Shown piece after piece: positions 50,729 through 63,320 of a stretch of 64,000 nucleotides of DNA (positions within the stretch are counted from its first letter, which is position 1; each line of letters opens with the position of its first letter). The position numbers were made by a program, and so were the translations under genes. Under the pieces are notes generated by a model. It ran no database searches and had not been told where the DNA came from. It worked only from the letters and a program-made list of their open reading frames with translations. Source of the DNA: Octopus bimaculoides (lineage: Eukaryota); contig NC_069000.1 in the NCBI RefSeq assembly GCF_001194135.2, positions 4,980,236 to 5,044,235 on the forward strand, given 5' to 3'.

Positions 50729-51085
50729 TCGTTTGCAATATCGAATGGAAATACAATCAATTGTACAACGTCAAATATTAGATTATACAAAGTCTGAAAT
50801 TTCAGCGAAGAGATGTATTCAAGAAAATCTGCAAACTGTGGCCAATGGGGAGCATTATGGTCGATCAGGCTACCAAAATTAATAGTTAAGCTTCACTCAA
50901 ATCTGCTCGTTTCCAATATTGAATGGAAATACAGTCAAGTGTAACAGTCAAACATTAAATTATATAAAATCTGAAATTTCAGCAAAGAGTTGTATTCAAG
51001 AAAATCTGCGAACTGTGACAATGAGGAGCTCAATATTCGATCAGGCTACACAAATTAATGGCTAAATTTCACTCAAATATGCTCT
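50729..51085. repeat. Tandem duplication, 178-bp unit, two diverged copies
   Basis: AATATCGAATGGAAATACA at 50737 and AATATTGAATGGAAATACA at 50915, collinear through TGTATTCAAGAAAATCTGC and CGATCAGGCTAC to TTCACTCAAAT. Confidence 0.9.
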
Positions 51086-51280
51086 GCTAACTTGGTATTA
51101 AAATCAAATAGAGACAGGTCGGTGCAATATCATAACGCGCAAAACATTATGTCAAGAAGATAGATCCATGTTCATGTAACAACGGTTTTGTTCTTCCTAT
51201 GTGCTCCCTGGAAAACCTTGGAAAACCTTGCACCTAGCATTCTGCGATGGAGTATTATGAACGGGCATGTGCAGGATACC

Positions 51281-51354
<74 letters not shown>

Positions 51355-51359
<5 letters not shown>

Positions 51360-51562
51360 GTGTATGTGTTTGTGTTTGTCCCCCTACCATTGCTTGACAA
51401 CTGATGTTCGTGTGTTTACATCTCCGTAACCTAGCGGTTCGGCAAAAGATATCGATAGGATAATTACTAAGCTTACAAAGAATAAGTACTGGAAGTCTAT
51501 TTGTTCGACTAAAAGCGGTGTTCCAGCATGGCCGCAGTCAAATGACTGAAACAAATGAAGAA
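51355..51562 (+). mobile_element. SINE family A, 3' half
   Basis: Begins at a (CA)(TA)(TG) tract; GCTTGACAAC...GCGGTGTTCCAGCATGGCCGCAGTCAAATGACTGAAAC. Confidence 0.9.
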
Positions 51563-52613
51563 TATGTGTGCGCGCGCGCGTGTGTGTACATATATTTATA
51601 TGTATATATTTATATGTATATGTACAGATATATGGATGGATGGATGAAGGGTTGGATGTATGGTTGCAAGGATCGACCGATCGATCGATTGATAGATGGA
51701 TAGTTACATAAATAGATAAAAATATAATACCAGTTAGTGATTATCGCTGTCGGATCATAGATATTTACACAGTCCAAGCTAACAGGGGCTAAATATCAAC
51801 AACGCAGCCTAACATGTCTATTATCTCCCTATTATATGCAGAGATCCTCCTTCCAGCCAAAATGGCGTATATAATATTATGCAACGAAGTATACTGCGCA
51901 GTTTTAAGCTGATCGAATTAACGGATCTATTTTTAAGCCATTAGCCGTCATTGGTATTTCTAACGTTAGCCATGTATTAATTGAATCACGGTTTTCTGAA
52001 TATAATTAAGATGCAGCTGCGTTGAGAATTATTTAAACATTCCCTTCATTTGCGTCACTAATACCCTGGCTAACATTAAGCCTTTTACTCTCCCAGATTT
52101 GCCATTTCTTTAAATGTAGATATGCAGTGGTGAAGTATGTTGCTTTGATTTGAAAGGCAAGTATTATTGTACTAAGCAGTTTAATAGATATTTGCCGTTC
52201 CTTTCATCAAATCATATCGGCCATATTTGTGAAGCCATCTTAAGCATTGATTTATAATATAATACGTCATTCCTACCTTTAAATATCCCTCATTATTGCC
52301 GTTTTCGTCACCTTCGCTGTAGTGTGGCCACAGGTCAGTTTTTATCACGCCAAGCTGGTCGATATCCTTCCAGTTTTTGACTATTCAGCCGTTTATTCGT
52401 TTATACACACACGGTAAAATCGCAACTCTTTCTCGTGAAGCGCATATGCTTATTCTGTTACTACAATTCAGAATGTAATTGTTGTTGTTGTTGTTGTATT
52501 TGATATAAAGTACATATTAGAGATGAAAATGCGAGAAATATTGTTAGCGGAGTTATTGTTTAACAAAACAAAAATTTTAAAAGCTTCTTGGCATTATTTA
52601 TCCACCAATTTAA

Positions 52614-52712
52614 GGAGGCGAGCTGGCAGAGTCGTTATTGCGCAAAGCAAAATGCTTAGTGGCATTTCGTCCGTCTGTCTTAAAGACGTTCTGAGTTCAA
52701 ATTCCGCCGAGC
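52614..52712 (+). mobile_element. SINE family B 5' part
   Basis: GGCGAGCTGGCAGAGTCGTT...GTTCTGAGTTCAAATTCCGCCGAG. Confidence 0.85.
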
Positions 52713-52744
52713 TTGTAGCATCAACTGAATAAACTGATTCTGAA

Positions 52745-53003
52745 AGATGAAAAGTAAAATTGGTCTCAGCGAGATTTGAACTCACAATGCGAAGAACTGC
52801 ATGAAATACCTCAAGTCATTTTGTCCGAGATGCTAACAGTTCTACTAAAATATCGCCCAAAAGACCCGAAAATACTGCGAAGTATTTAACTGGTACTAAC
52901 TTTATCGATCCTGAAAATATGAAAGGCAAAGTCGACCTCGGCATCATTTGAACTCAGAACATAAAAGAGGAAAAGATGTCACTTAGCATTTTGGCCGACG
53001 CGC
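52745..53003 (-). mobile_element. Two degenerate SINE family B fragments
   Basis: GATTTGAACTCAC (52772) and ATGAAAGGCAAAGTCGACCTCGGC..TTTGAACTCAGAAC (52919-52960). Confidence 0.75.
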
Positions 53004-53872
53004 AAACAAGATTTTTGATTCGAATCATATTTTCATCTGCAAGATTGCCGCTCTCATCCGGGGAGTGATAATAACACTTCTAAGGTGAGATATTAAAAAA
53101 TCAAAACTTAATTTAGCTGCTATGTCTAACAGGTTATACAACTACATTCCAACTATCTCACAGACTTAGCTATATGGCAGAAAATCAAATTCCTAGTTTC
53201 CATGTTTCCAATAAAATTACAAAAGTGTGTTTTTAAATCAGTGCAGAATTGAGACAACAAAGAAAAATCGGTAAAAATGGCCGTTATTTAATGTCAGTTT
53301 CTCTGTTGGAGGCATTTCAATTTCAGTTCCATCTTTGGAATCACACCCATTCCCCTACTCGTCTTCAAACTCCCTTTTTCTAAATCTATTGCCACATATA
53401 TAATTAAAGACTACATATAAAATATAATAAAATATGATATACTATATGAATATATANNNNNNNNNNNNNNNNNNNNNNNNNNNNNNNNNNNNNNNNNNNN
53501 NNNNNNNNNNNNNNNNNNNNNNNNNNNNNNNNNNNNNNNNNNNNNNNNNNNNNNNNNNNNNNNNNNNNNNNNNNNNNNNNNNNNNNNNNNNNNNNNNNNN
53601 NNNNNNNNNNNNNNNNNNNNNNNNNNNNNNNNNNNNNNNNNNNNNNNNNNNNNNNNNNNNNNNNNNNNNNNNNNNNNNNNNNNNNNNNNNNNNNNNNNNN
53701 NNNNNNNNNNNNNNNNNNNNNNNNNNNNNNNNNNNNNNNNNNNNNNNNNNNNNNNNNNNNNNNNNNNNNNNNNNNNNNNNNNNNNNNNNNNNNNNNNNNN
53801 NNNNNNNNNNNNNNNNNNNNNNNNNNNNNNNNNNNNNNNNNNNNNNNNNNNNNNNNNNNNNNNNNNNNNNNN

Positions 53873-53903
<31 letters not shown>

Positions 53904-54871
53904 GTATATATGTATATATGTAAAACAAAGAATATATAATATATAATCCTGTGTAAGAAAAGAACGTTACCATTGTGAATACCCTGCAGAGAACCGACTG
54001 AGATTATTCCTGGTTGATACAATGCTACCAATCAGTACAACAAGGTGGTAAATATATTCTGTAATGCCTTGCCAGATGCGTTAATTTACCAGACGGATAT
54101 TAATTTGATTTACTGAGAAATTGCTCGGCGAAATCTGTGTGTTTATTATATACAAGTTAAAGGCTTTTGACACGAATCATATTTTCAACTATGAAATAAG
54201 AAAAGAAAATAAAAGGAGAAAAATGTGTTAAAAAATACAATTACGAGGAACGAAACTGGAATAATTAGGTAATTCAAATGAGCATCAATATCCACCGGCT
54301 TTAATCGTTATAGATTATATCCCACTGGGAGATACTGGGTAATTAACGCTAAATTGAATATAACCGTTTCTTGTCTTTGTTTTCTTCTTCGCTGCTTGTT
54401 TCTCATCAACCTACATGAAATCAGCAAGCATTCTTTGTGAGTAAATCTGTGGTTTTGTGGCTTTTTATTTTCGTTAAGTTTTCTTTGGTTCATTTCATTT
54501 TCTTTTTAACAAAAAGAAAAAAAACGACTAAAACATTACTCTGCTGTGAAGAGCTCGAAGAGACGAAAATACTAAACAATATGCATTAAACAAACTTATT
54601 GAAAAATAAAGAGACGAAGAGAGAAAATAACCGACGAAATGACTAAATGAAACAAAGAATCTAATTTATAGCGAGAAAATAGGATTTCTACTCAAGATTG
54701 AAATGTAACAAACAGGATGCGGTACAATTGTTAGACTGTTCGCAAAGAATTAAAGTGTTATCCTCAAAAGAGAAAGTAAGACTTCCTTAAGAGAGATTCT
54801 GTATTTTATATCCACGAAGTGTTTTGTCTTCCACTACGATAACATTCTCAATATGATATTCGAGATTAACG

Positions 54872-55070
54872 CGTCAAGCCGGCAGAATCGGTAGCACACT
54901 GGGAAAAACGCTTGGCGGCATTTCGTCCGCCTTTACGTTCTGAGGTCGACTTTAGTTTTCATACAATCGGGGGTCGATGAAATAAGTACTAGTTGAGGAC
55001 TGGTTTTGAGGACTTTTCTCCTTCCCCGAACTTGCTGGCCTCGCGCCAAAATTTGAAACCAATATGGTTT
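54872..55070 (+). mobile_element. SINE family B with internal deletion
   Basis: GCCGGCAGAATCGGTAGCAC...CGTTCTGAGGTCGACTTT...GGGGTCGATGAAATAAGTAC. Confidence 0.8.
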
Positions 55071-55083
55071 AAATTGGTTACAG

Positions 55084-55147
55084 TCCACATATTCTGGGCA
55101 AGTCATAAAACTGGCAGCTGTTGATAAGGTTCCTGTCCTCTTGTTCG
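55084..55147 (+). CDS. Candidate small exon (64 nt)
   Basis: GGTTACAG| acceptor, G|GTATGG donor, STYSGQVIKLAAVDKVPVLLF. Confidence 0.15.
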
Positions 55148-57709
55148 GTATGGTTATACAGCAGGAAGAGATAAGTATTAATTCTCAAACAACGTGATAT
55201 TTTATTGTTAATTCTTTGGAAATGTTAAGCTCTTGAGGAAGTGTAATACAGTATAAACAACGTCCAGAATATTTATTCTCATACCTTAATGAAGTTAATA
55301 TCTGATTATTTTGAATTAAAATTTATTCAGAGGTTGTCTTCCTTTCGTCTCTTGACAAAAAATTAATATTTTAGAAAAATAATCTTTTTCTCATAATTGA
55401 AAGTGTGATTTTAATTCATTAACGTATCTTGACTCCCCTCATTAAATTTATTAGCGCCCACTTCTGATATGAAAATGAAACAGATACGAAACAAAGCAGG
55501 TGCGATGAATCCAATATTTTTTTCTTTATGTAACCTTTCTTTCCAGGTTCATTTTTATTCCCAAAGCGCAATTTCGAATAAAATCGTGTGAATTAGTAAT
55601 TTATTCCTTGTGATTCCCTCAAATTGGACATAAAACTGAAAGCATATTTGTGCTGTTTTCACGAAGATTTTAAAAACATTTGTTTCGCTTGTAAATTTAT
55701 CGTTGTAAAAATGCTTCCGTGTTCTATAAATCTTTATTATTATTATTATTTTTTTTTTTGATGGTGATGATGATGATGTTACTGTTGCTGTTGTTCTCGT
55801 TACCACAATGTTCGGTTCTTTTATTCGAATTTCCATTCATGTATGGATTCAGCTATTGAAATGGCTCCCCTGTTGGGATTAGCACTTCTCAGTGTTCTCA
55901 TTATGAAAAAAAGACTCATCAGTTCGCTTTATTTTTTCATTGAGATCTGTATGTTAGATTGTCAAAAGTGTTAATCGACACTACCAAAATAAATATAGTG
56001 ATATATGTGCTACGGCTCTTTACCATTTAGGTTCGAATTCTCAGAAATTAACCCTTTAAACATTGAAAATAAGAAAAATGGAGTAGTCGTATTGTTTACA
56101 CGTTCTCTAGCAAAATGTTGGTCATATGCCAGAATTAGAAAGGAATATTATAACTAAAATAGGTGTAAGAAAATCTACGTATACAAAGTGTAAAGAGAAG
56201 TATATTAAAATGATTTAAATTCATATACGTAACATAAAAAAGATGTATATATGAACCTTATCCATTTAGAACGGGTTTAGCACACATAGATCTATCTATC
56301 TACCTAACTAGTTAACAGTATATATANNNNNNNNNNNNNNNNNNNNNNNNNNNNNNNNNNNNNNNNNNNNNNNNNNNNNNNNNNNNNNNNNNNNNNNNNN
56401 NNNNNNNNNNNNNNNNNNNNNNNNNNNNNNNNNNNNNNNNNNNNNNNNNNNNNNNNNNNNNNNNNNNNNNNNNNNNNNNNNNNNNNNNNNNNNNNNNNNN
56501 NNNNNNNNNNNNNNNNNNNNNNNNNNNNATGACACTGTAAACTTCATGTAATCAAAGTAACCTGAGTCTGAAACCTCGCTTGCGGTTTATCCCACATTTG
56601 GATAATTACTACTTCCGGGGTTTCGCTAGCTACGACATAAATTTAGCCTGGATTTTATCTACTTAATTTCCTAATTTTTTTATATCTGTTCGGATATACA
56701 ACATCCCCAGTTGTTAACCGTGAACTATAAAATAACTTTTCTTCAACTTATCGTACTTCGATAGGGGAAAGATATCGCAACCTTCTGCGCCAATCACTAT
56801 TTTTCGTGAAAGTTTTTTATATCTTCTACGGGCTGCTTCAAGCTCGCTAACTCTTACACTTTGATCCTTGGATCTTACCTTTACACAAACACACACAAAG
56901 GTATGTGTGTGTGTGTGCGTTCATGTGTCTGTATGTGTGAAAGAGAGAAATGAGTCTCATGGGGAGCACAACATTTTCTTTTTACTGATTTTTACTGCTG
57001 TTTGCAGAAAATACGGTCGTCCCCGCAAATCATTCTCACTAAACTTATAATTCCCAATAATTCTCTTTTACTCTGAAGAGATTCCACAACCACCATGACA
57101 GAAAGTTTACGATTAACCTTCTTAATCGTGTTTTTTCTTCTCGTTTTGACCATTAATTATGTTTTTATGTAATCATTATTTAAATTTTATATTACATGCA
57201 TATTACCTAAATACATGACTGAACAGTTCTCTAATAACACTTTTTACTGCATATGTTATAACGGAAACACATCTATTAAACATGACAGAGAAGGCATAGA
57301 CGTTCGTTTTTATGCCTATATTTTCGTTCATTTTGTTCTTGTTAAGAAAACTACTAAATTCTGACTTTACAATCTTTCCTACTTTACAATCAATGAATAT
57401 TAAACTCGAACATGGTTGTTAAATTAAGCTATAAAATGCTGTTTGATTTTTTCTTTTATTGTGTGAGGTTCTTACATTAAATTTTTAGCTTCCTTTAGTT
57501 TCTTATTTTTTGTTTGTTTGTTTTTACTCTCCATATTTCGATTTCAATTAAATTCAATGGACTACGACTGGAGAAAGGTTTTTCACTTCCTTTAAGAATT
57601 TTGTATTTTCGTGTAAGAATCTTGACATAAGCCATTTGAATATTTCATTAGAAGTTCACTTCATCATTATGAGCATCATCATCATCATCATCATCATCAT
57701 CATTATCAA

Positions 57710-57901
57710 GAGGGTGAGCTGAGAGAATCCTGAGCACGCCGGGCGAAATGCTTAGCAGTATTTCGTCTGCCGCTAAGTTCTGAGTTCAAATTCTACTGGG
57801 GTCGATTAAATAAGTGCCAGTTACGCATTAGGGTCGATGTAATAGACTTAATCCCTTCCCCTAGATTTGAGGCCTTGTGCTTCCAGTAGAAAGAATTATT
57901 A

Positions 57902-57960
<59 letters not shown>
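57710..57960 (+). mobile_element. SINE family B with (TAT)n tail
   Basis: GGTGAGCTG...GCACGCCGGGCGAAATGCTTAGC...GTTCTGAGTTCAAATTC, followed by a long (TAT)n. Confidence 0.85.
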
Positions 57961-57963
<3 letters not shown>

Positions 57964-58594
57964 GCTGTTGTTGTTGTTGTTGTTGGTGGTGGTGTTGTTA
58001 TTTTGAGAGTATGCATGGCCATTGTATAACAGTTAATACTGCGGTAGAAATATGAAGTCCCTGTAACGATGTTAGGAGGTGGAGTCAGCTATTATTAAAT
58101 TACAGGAGAGTTCAATAGAGTAGGCCGATAACTTCACCTGCTGTGCAAAGAAGGAAATTTACCATTCCGAACTCTTGGCCTTTGTGTCTGAGAAAAGGAA
58201 AAAGAGAGAAAGAGTTACAGCTTCGATTGCCAGATAGCAAAGGGATTTAATTTCATTATTTTCCATTAATTGGCTTTAATTGCATTTTAAAACCGTAGAA
58301 AATAGAAAAATCAGGAAAAGAACATTTATTTGACGAGCAGGAACAAATATAACATCGAGAGGATTTAATTGATTATAAAAATTCACTCTAAAATATATTC
58401 CCACCATAGTTTCGTTTCGTAGGTTTTGCATTCTATATAGGGATATTTATACAGAGCGTGCTGAAATTAGGTGCTAGTCCTTCTAGAGTTTTCGATATGT
58501 AGATTATTATATACCTGTTTCACCTTCGCTATATGCGGTAAAGTTGTAGGGTTTTCAGCCTCTCATTGAAGCTTATCTGCTGAACTGTTGCATT

Positions 58595-59160
58595 CGTTTT
58601 AGTGTAGTTGACGTTGTACCGCTTCAAGTTCCGCTGTTAATTTGGCATTATGTAATGACCATAGCTGAGAGCAGTACTCCAGGCATCGGAGCACAACGGA
58701 CCTCCACAGGTTCAACATAACTTTTGGTCCCTTGTCTTGAAGGGCAGTATCCATCCTGCCAGTTGTCAGCACTTTGCTACCATCTTGTAATGTGCATATA
58801 GAATAATACAACGTTGCACATACTGATCTTCAAGTCTTTCACTGTCTGTGATTCTGGGATTGCAGTGCTTTCGTGTCTCCTATATGCTGGTTGCGGTGCA
58901 CTGGTGAGCTGATAGTGCAGTTCTTGGAATTTTGCAGTATTACGCTGCATGTTATTTACTTCAGTCCATTTGTATATTGCGTCCATGTTCCGTTGCAAGC
59001 TGGGTTGCCACTGTGGTCTCTGGGCTGCAATGTTAAATATTTCAGCAGAGTTTTTATCTACGTGTGTTCCTTTCGAGAGATGAAGACACTTTTAAATTGT
59101 TCACAGAATACCTCATTTATCCTTTCTGGGTCCGCAGTCAGTGAGCCATTGCAAACATTA
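58595..59160 (-). mobile_element. CR1-like LINE ORF2 remnant, internally deleted and frameshifted
   Basis: NGSLTADPERINEVFCEQFKSVF (pre-RT linker) followed by LQRNMDAIYKWTEVNNMQ.N..KFQ...VKDL and LWRSVVLRCLEYCSQLWS...ELEAVQR (post-RT motifs). Confidence 0.85.
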
Positions 59161-59796
59161 CAGATCTAACGTCAGGAAATATAACGGAAATAGACTGTAG
59201 GTGTACAATATCACGAATATATATTTACAAATACCTCGCAACCCCTTTCATATATACGAGTACGTATGAATTTATATATGGATGGATGATTGGATCGATC
59301 GATCGATCGATAAAAATGGATGTGTGTAAGTATGTATGTTCTAAATTGGGAGTGCGTGTGCACGAGTTGTTTTTTATTGGACTTCATTACGAAGATTGCA
59401 ACTGAAATATCATCTTCCGCAATTTTCATCAAATGCTCTCATATTGTTGAAACAAACCGTATTTGATTTTACGATTTTGTGATTCTCATTAACTATAATG
59501 AACCATTTACCACAAAGAACAAAATGGAATATCACTGAATAAATAACGATTTACCATTTGTTTTTTATTTTTAGGAATGCATAGTGATTTACTACAATTT
59601 CATTGTAAATTAATATATACGAGAAGAATTATATGAGGTTATCAAATAATGCGCTTCAAACACGTTTAAAATAATAACAGTGACTACCTACTTAAGCAAT
59701 ATTCCAGAAACGAAAAATCTACATTTACACACACACAAACATACGCATGTGTGGGTAAATATATGTGTGTGTGCATATATATATGCATGTGCATAA

Positions 59797-59841
<45 letters not shown>

Positions 59842-59851
59842 NNNNNNNNNN

Positions 59852-59894
<43 letters not shown>

Positions 59895-60051
59895 TGTTTC
59901 ATATTTATGTGTGGCATACGTATATGCGTATACAGTCATCGGTGAATATGCATATTCCCATATGTGCCACGATATATGCATGTGTGTGTGCGTGTGTGTG
60001 TATGTGTGTGTGCGGTTGTGTGTGTGTATTGTGCAAGTGTCATTTATGTTC

Positions 60052-60135
60052 GTTTGGTGGTGCCATAGTTACTTGATTAATTATCTCACTTCGCAATCGT
60101 GTGGTCTGCGGTTTCAACACTTTGGGAGCACCCTG
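60052..60135 (+). mobile_element. Degenerate SINE A-like head
   Basis: GTGGTCTGCGGTTTCAACACTTTGGGAGCACCCTGGGC resembles GGTTCAGTCCCACTGCGTGGCACCTTGGGC. Confidence 0.4.
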
Positions 60136-60139
60136 GGCG

Positions 60140-60930
60140 CGTCGAACTAAAAGCTTAGCGCAATTTTTTTCAGCACTTTCCGTTCTGAAAACAAATATCT
60201 CCTCGGCGTCGATAAAATTAATATCCGTAAAACACTGCGGTTGATGAAATCGATAACCATCTACTCCAGAATTTCTGATCTTGTACTCTTGTACCCTTGT
60301 ACCATTGTGCCTAACTGTGGGCAGATTTAAAGCCGTAACTTTACTTAAAACACAATCAACAACATTGACTAACATGCGCTATTCGTCCACCAGATTGGAA
60401 GACATTCAGCCACATTAGCTATGACAGACAAAGGAGCTAGAAACGCTGTCTGGAAATCCGATTGGGTGACGCAATGTACAGAAAAGGTGTTTTTGCACTT
60501 TTAACCACAAGTGAGAATGTTTTGATCCGCTTCAAATGCAGTGAATTTGCGTTTAGAAGTTGAAATATATCACAACGGTATTTAAAATGAACCAAAGGAC
60601 GCTTGTGCCTAAACACTGCGAGATGCTGCTGATGCGACTGCATTACATCAGACATGGCGGTGCAAAAACACACCTCACTCCCTGTTGTTAAGTGTGATTC
60701 AGTCAATGCTACCGGTTTAATCTGTCAAGGGTTAACCTTGTTCGGTATTTCCCACCCATAACGGCTAACGAGGAAGAAACGCTGTGTCTGGGCATCCGAT
60801 AGGGAGAGAACAATACCTGGCAGATATGGTGTTTTTTCACCTCTGCCACGAGAGACAATATTTTCTCCACGGCAGCTACAATGAATGTTTGTTTTGAAGT
60901 TAAAACCTTAAATATCATTAACTTAAAGTT
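60140..60930 (-). pseudogene. Diverged three-unit ~300-340-nt repeat with tiling minus-strand ORFs (decayed repeat-domain coding sequence?)
   Basis: Collinear matches GAAACGCTGT (60440/60776), GGTGTTTTT (60486/60828), GAAGTT (60556/60896) and TTGTGCCTAA (60305/60603). The three minus-strand ORFs read the shared motifs in equivalent frames. Confidence 0.4.
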
Positions 60931-61511
60931 CATATCTCTCTCTCTCTGTCTCTCTCTCTCTCTGTCTCTCTCTCTCTCTGTCTCTCTCTCTCTCTGTCTC
61001 TCTCTCTCTCTGTCTCTCTCTCTCTCTNNNNNNNNNNNNNNNNNNNNNNNNNNNNNNNNNNNNNNNNNNNNNNNNNNNNNNNNNNNNNNNNNNNNNNNNN
61101 NNNNNNNNNNNNNNNNNNNNNNNNNNNNNNNNNNNNNNNNNNNNNNNNNNNNNNNNNNNNNNNNNNNNNNNNNNNNNNNNNNNNNNNNNNNNNNNNNNNN
61201 NNNNNNNNNNNNNNNNNNNNNNNNNNNNNNNNNNNNNNNNNNNNNNNNNNNNNNNNNNNNNNNNNNNNNNNNNNNNNNNNNNNNNNNNNNNNNNNNNNNN
61301 NNNNNNNNNNNNNNNNNNNNNNNNNNNNNNNNNNNNNNNNNNNNNNNNNNNNNNNNNNNNNNNNNNNNNNNNNNNNNNNNNNNNNNNNNNNNNNNNNNNN
61401 NNNNNNNNNNNNNNNNNNNNNNNNNNNNNNNNNNNNNNNNNNNNNNNNNNNNNNNNNNNNNNNNNNNNNNNNNNNNNNNNNNNNNNNNNNNNNNNNNNNN
61501 NNNNNNNNNNN

Positions 61512-61548
<37 letters not shown>

Positions 61549-61589
61549 GCTCGACCATTTATGTAATAATTCGCTGCATAGACTTACAG

Positions 61590-61829
61590 TTGGTCGATCA
61601 ACGTGCAACAATCGTAGATACCGATGGAGAACCCTTTATTTTCAAGTATGGTGATGGGTATACGAAAGTATTGGAGTCATCAGAGAGGAATTCTTTCAAC
61701 TCGACATTTATTATCGGAAATATAGATCATAATTGCCCCATAACTACATATTTATTTGTGGTATATTTTCATTTACAATTTAATGTAGATTTTCTTATAA
61801 AATCGATCGATAATTTAAATGAGAGCTAA
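61590..61829 (+). CDS. Candidate exon/ORF (79 codons), unknown product
   Basis: GACTTACAG| acceptor; LVDQRATIVDTDGEPFIFKYGDGYTKVLESSERNSFNSTFIIGNIDHNCPITTYLFV; possible donor after 61760. Confidence 0.25.
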   Translation: MVDQRATIVDTDGEPFIFKYGDGYTKVLESSERNSFNSTFIIGNIDHNCPITTYLFVVYFHLQFNVDFLIKSIDNLNES

Positions 61830-62341
61830 ATTCAGACACATACACATAGACCCACACACATATACACACACACAAACATGTGAATGTGTATATATAAATA
61901 TATATATATATACATGTGTGCGTGAGTCTTTATATAAATTATATATACGTATATAAATATGTGCGTATAGGATTATATGTGTATATCGTTACATATATAT
62001 GTTTAAACACACGCATAATATACACACTTTGCATACATAGATACCTACATACATAGGTACATAAAGCGAACACATTTCTAACGTATAGGCTTCCTCACAA
62101 ACATGCAAATATATATATTGTTACACACGTGCTCTTTAGTAATGTGTAGTTTTTAAATATTAAACATCTTATTTCCTAATGAAGCAATATTTTTATACTT
62201 GATGTCTGAATTTAAATAATTTCCTATTGTGAAGATATTAAACTTTAAAACACACCTTCAATAAGCAGAAGCTGTACAAAAGGGATTGTCTTTAAAAAAA
62301 TATCATTTAAAGCTTGAGTGGATGTATATCGTGTGCTTGCC

Positions 62342-62371
62342 TATCTATCTATCTATCTATCTATCTATTTT

Positions 62372-62460
<89 letters not shown>
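62342..62460 (+). repeat. (TATC)n microsatellite
   Basis: Direct reading. Confidence 0.97.
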
Positions 62461-63285
62461 TTATTCCACTATCTGTAAGTGGACGTGTGTGCATCTGCAG
62501 GCTTATAAGTTCTTATCTACAAAACAATACGTCATATACGTANNNNNNNNNNNNNNNNNNNNNNNNNNNNNNNNNNNNNNNNNNNNNNNNNNNNNNNNNN
62601 NNNNNNNNNNNNNNNNNNNNNNNNNNNNNNNNNNNNNNNNNNNNNNNNNNNNNNNNNNNNNNNNNNNNNNNNNNNNNNNNNNNNNNNNNNNNNNNNNNNN
62701 NNNNNNNNNNNNNNNNNNNNNNNNNNNNNNNNNNNNNNNNNNNNNNNNNNNNNNNNNNNNNNNNNNNNNNNNNNNNNNNNNNNNNNNNNNNNNNNNNNNN
62801 NNNNNNNNNNNNNNTATGCGAGTAAAAATAAATACAAAAAAGGTGGATTTTTTTGTATGATTGTGTATAGAGGAATATATTATTTTGCTTAAAAGAGTTC
62901 CAACACTGTCTGTTTTTTATGTTTTATTTATATTCCTGCAGAACTAATGTGGGGTATAGAATATGGAATATACAATATATAATATAATATACAATATATA
63001 ATATAAAATAAAATAAAAATGGATGGCACCATGAAATAAAGTATTGAATGTAGATGAAATATTGAGTGTTCAATATAAAGGATCCATGGCCGGTATGACA
63101 GTCTTTAACAGACTGTCTATATATATATATATATATGTATATAAATATATGCGTATATATATGTATATATATGTTTATATATGTGTCTCTGTCTTTATAT
63201 GTATATATATTTATACATATATACTATATATAAATTTATATATACATATGTGTATATATACACATATATATACATATATATGTGG

Positions 63286-63320
<35 letters not shown>

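Noticed and set aside
56714-56896. Coding exon ELEAARRRYKKLSRK...
   Set aside because: It begins in a (TG)n tract, has no convincing acceptor, and has no recognised family.
60300-60600. CUB or FYVE domain reading on the plus strand (KVFLHF, EIYHNG, VWKSDWVTQC)
   Set aside because: Many stops in that frame, and the key cysteines/motifs are missing.
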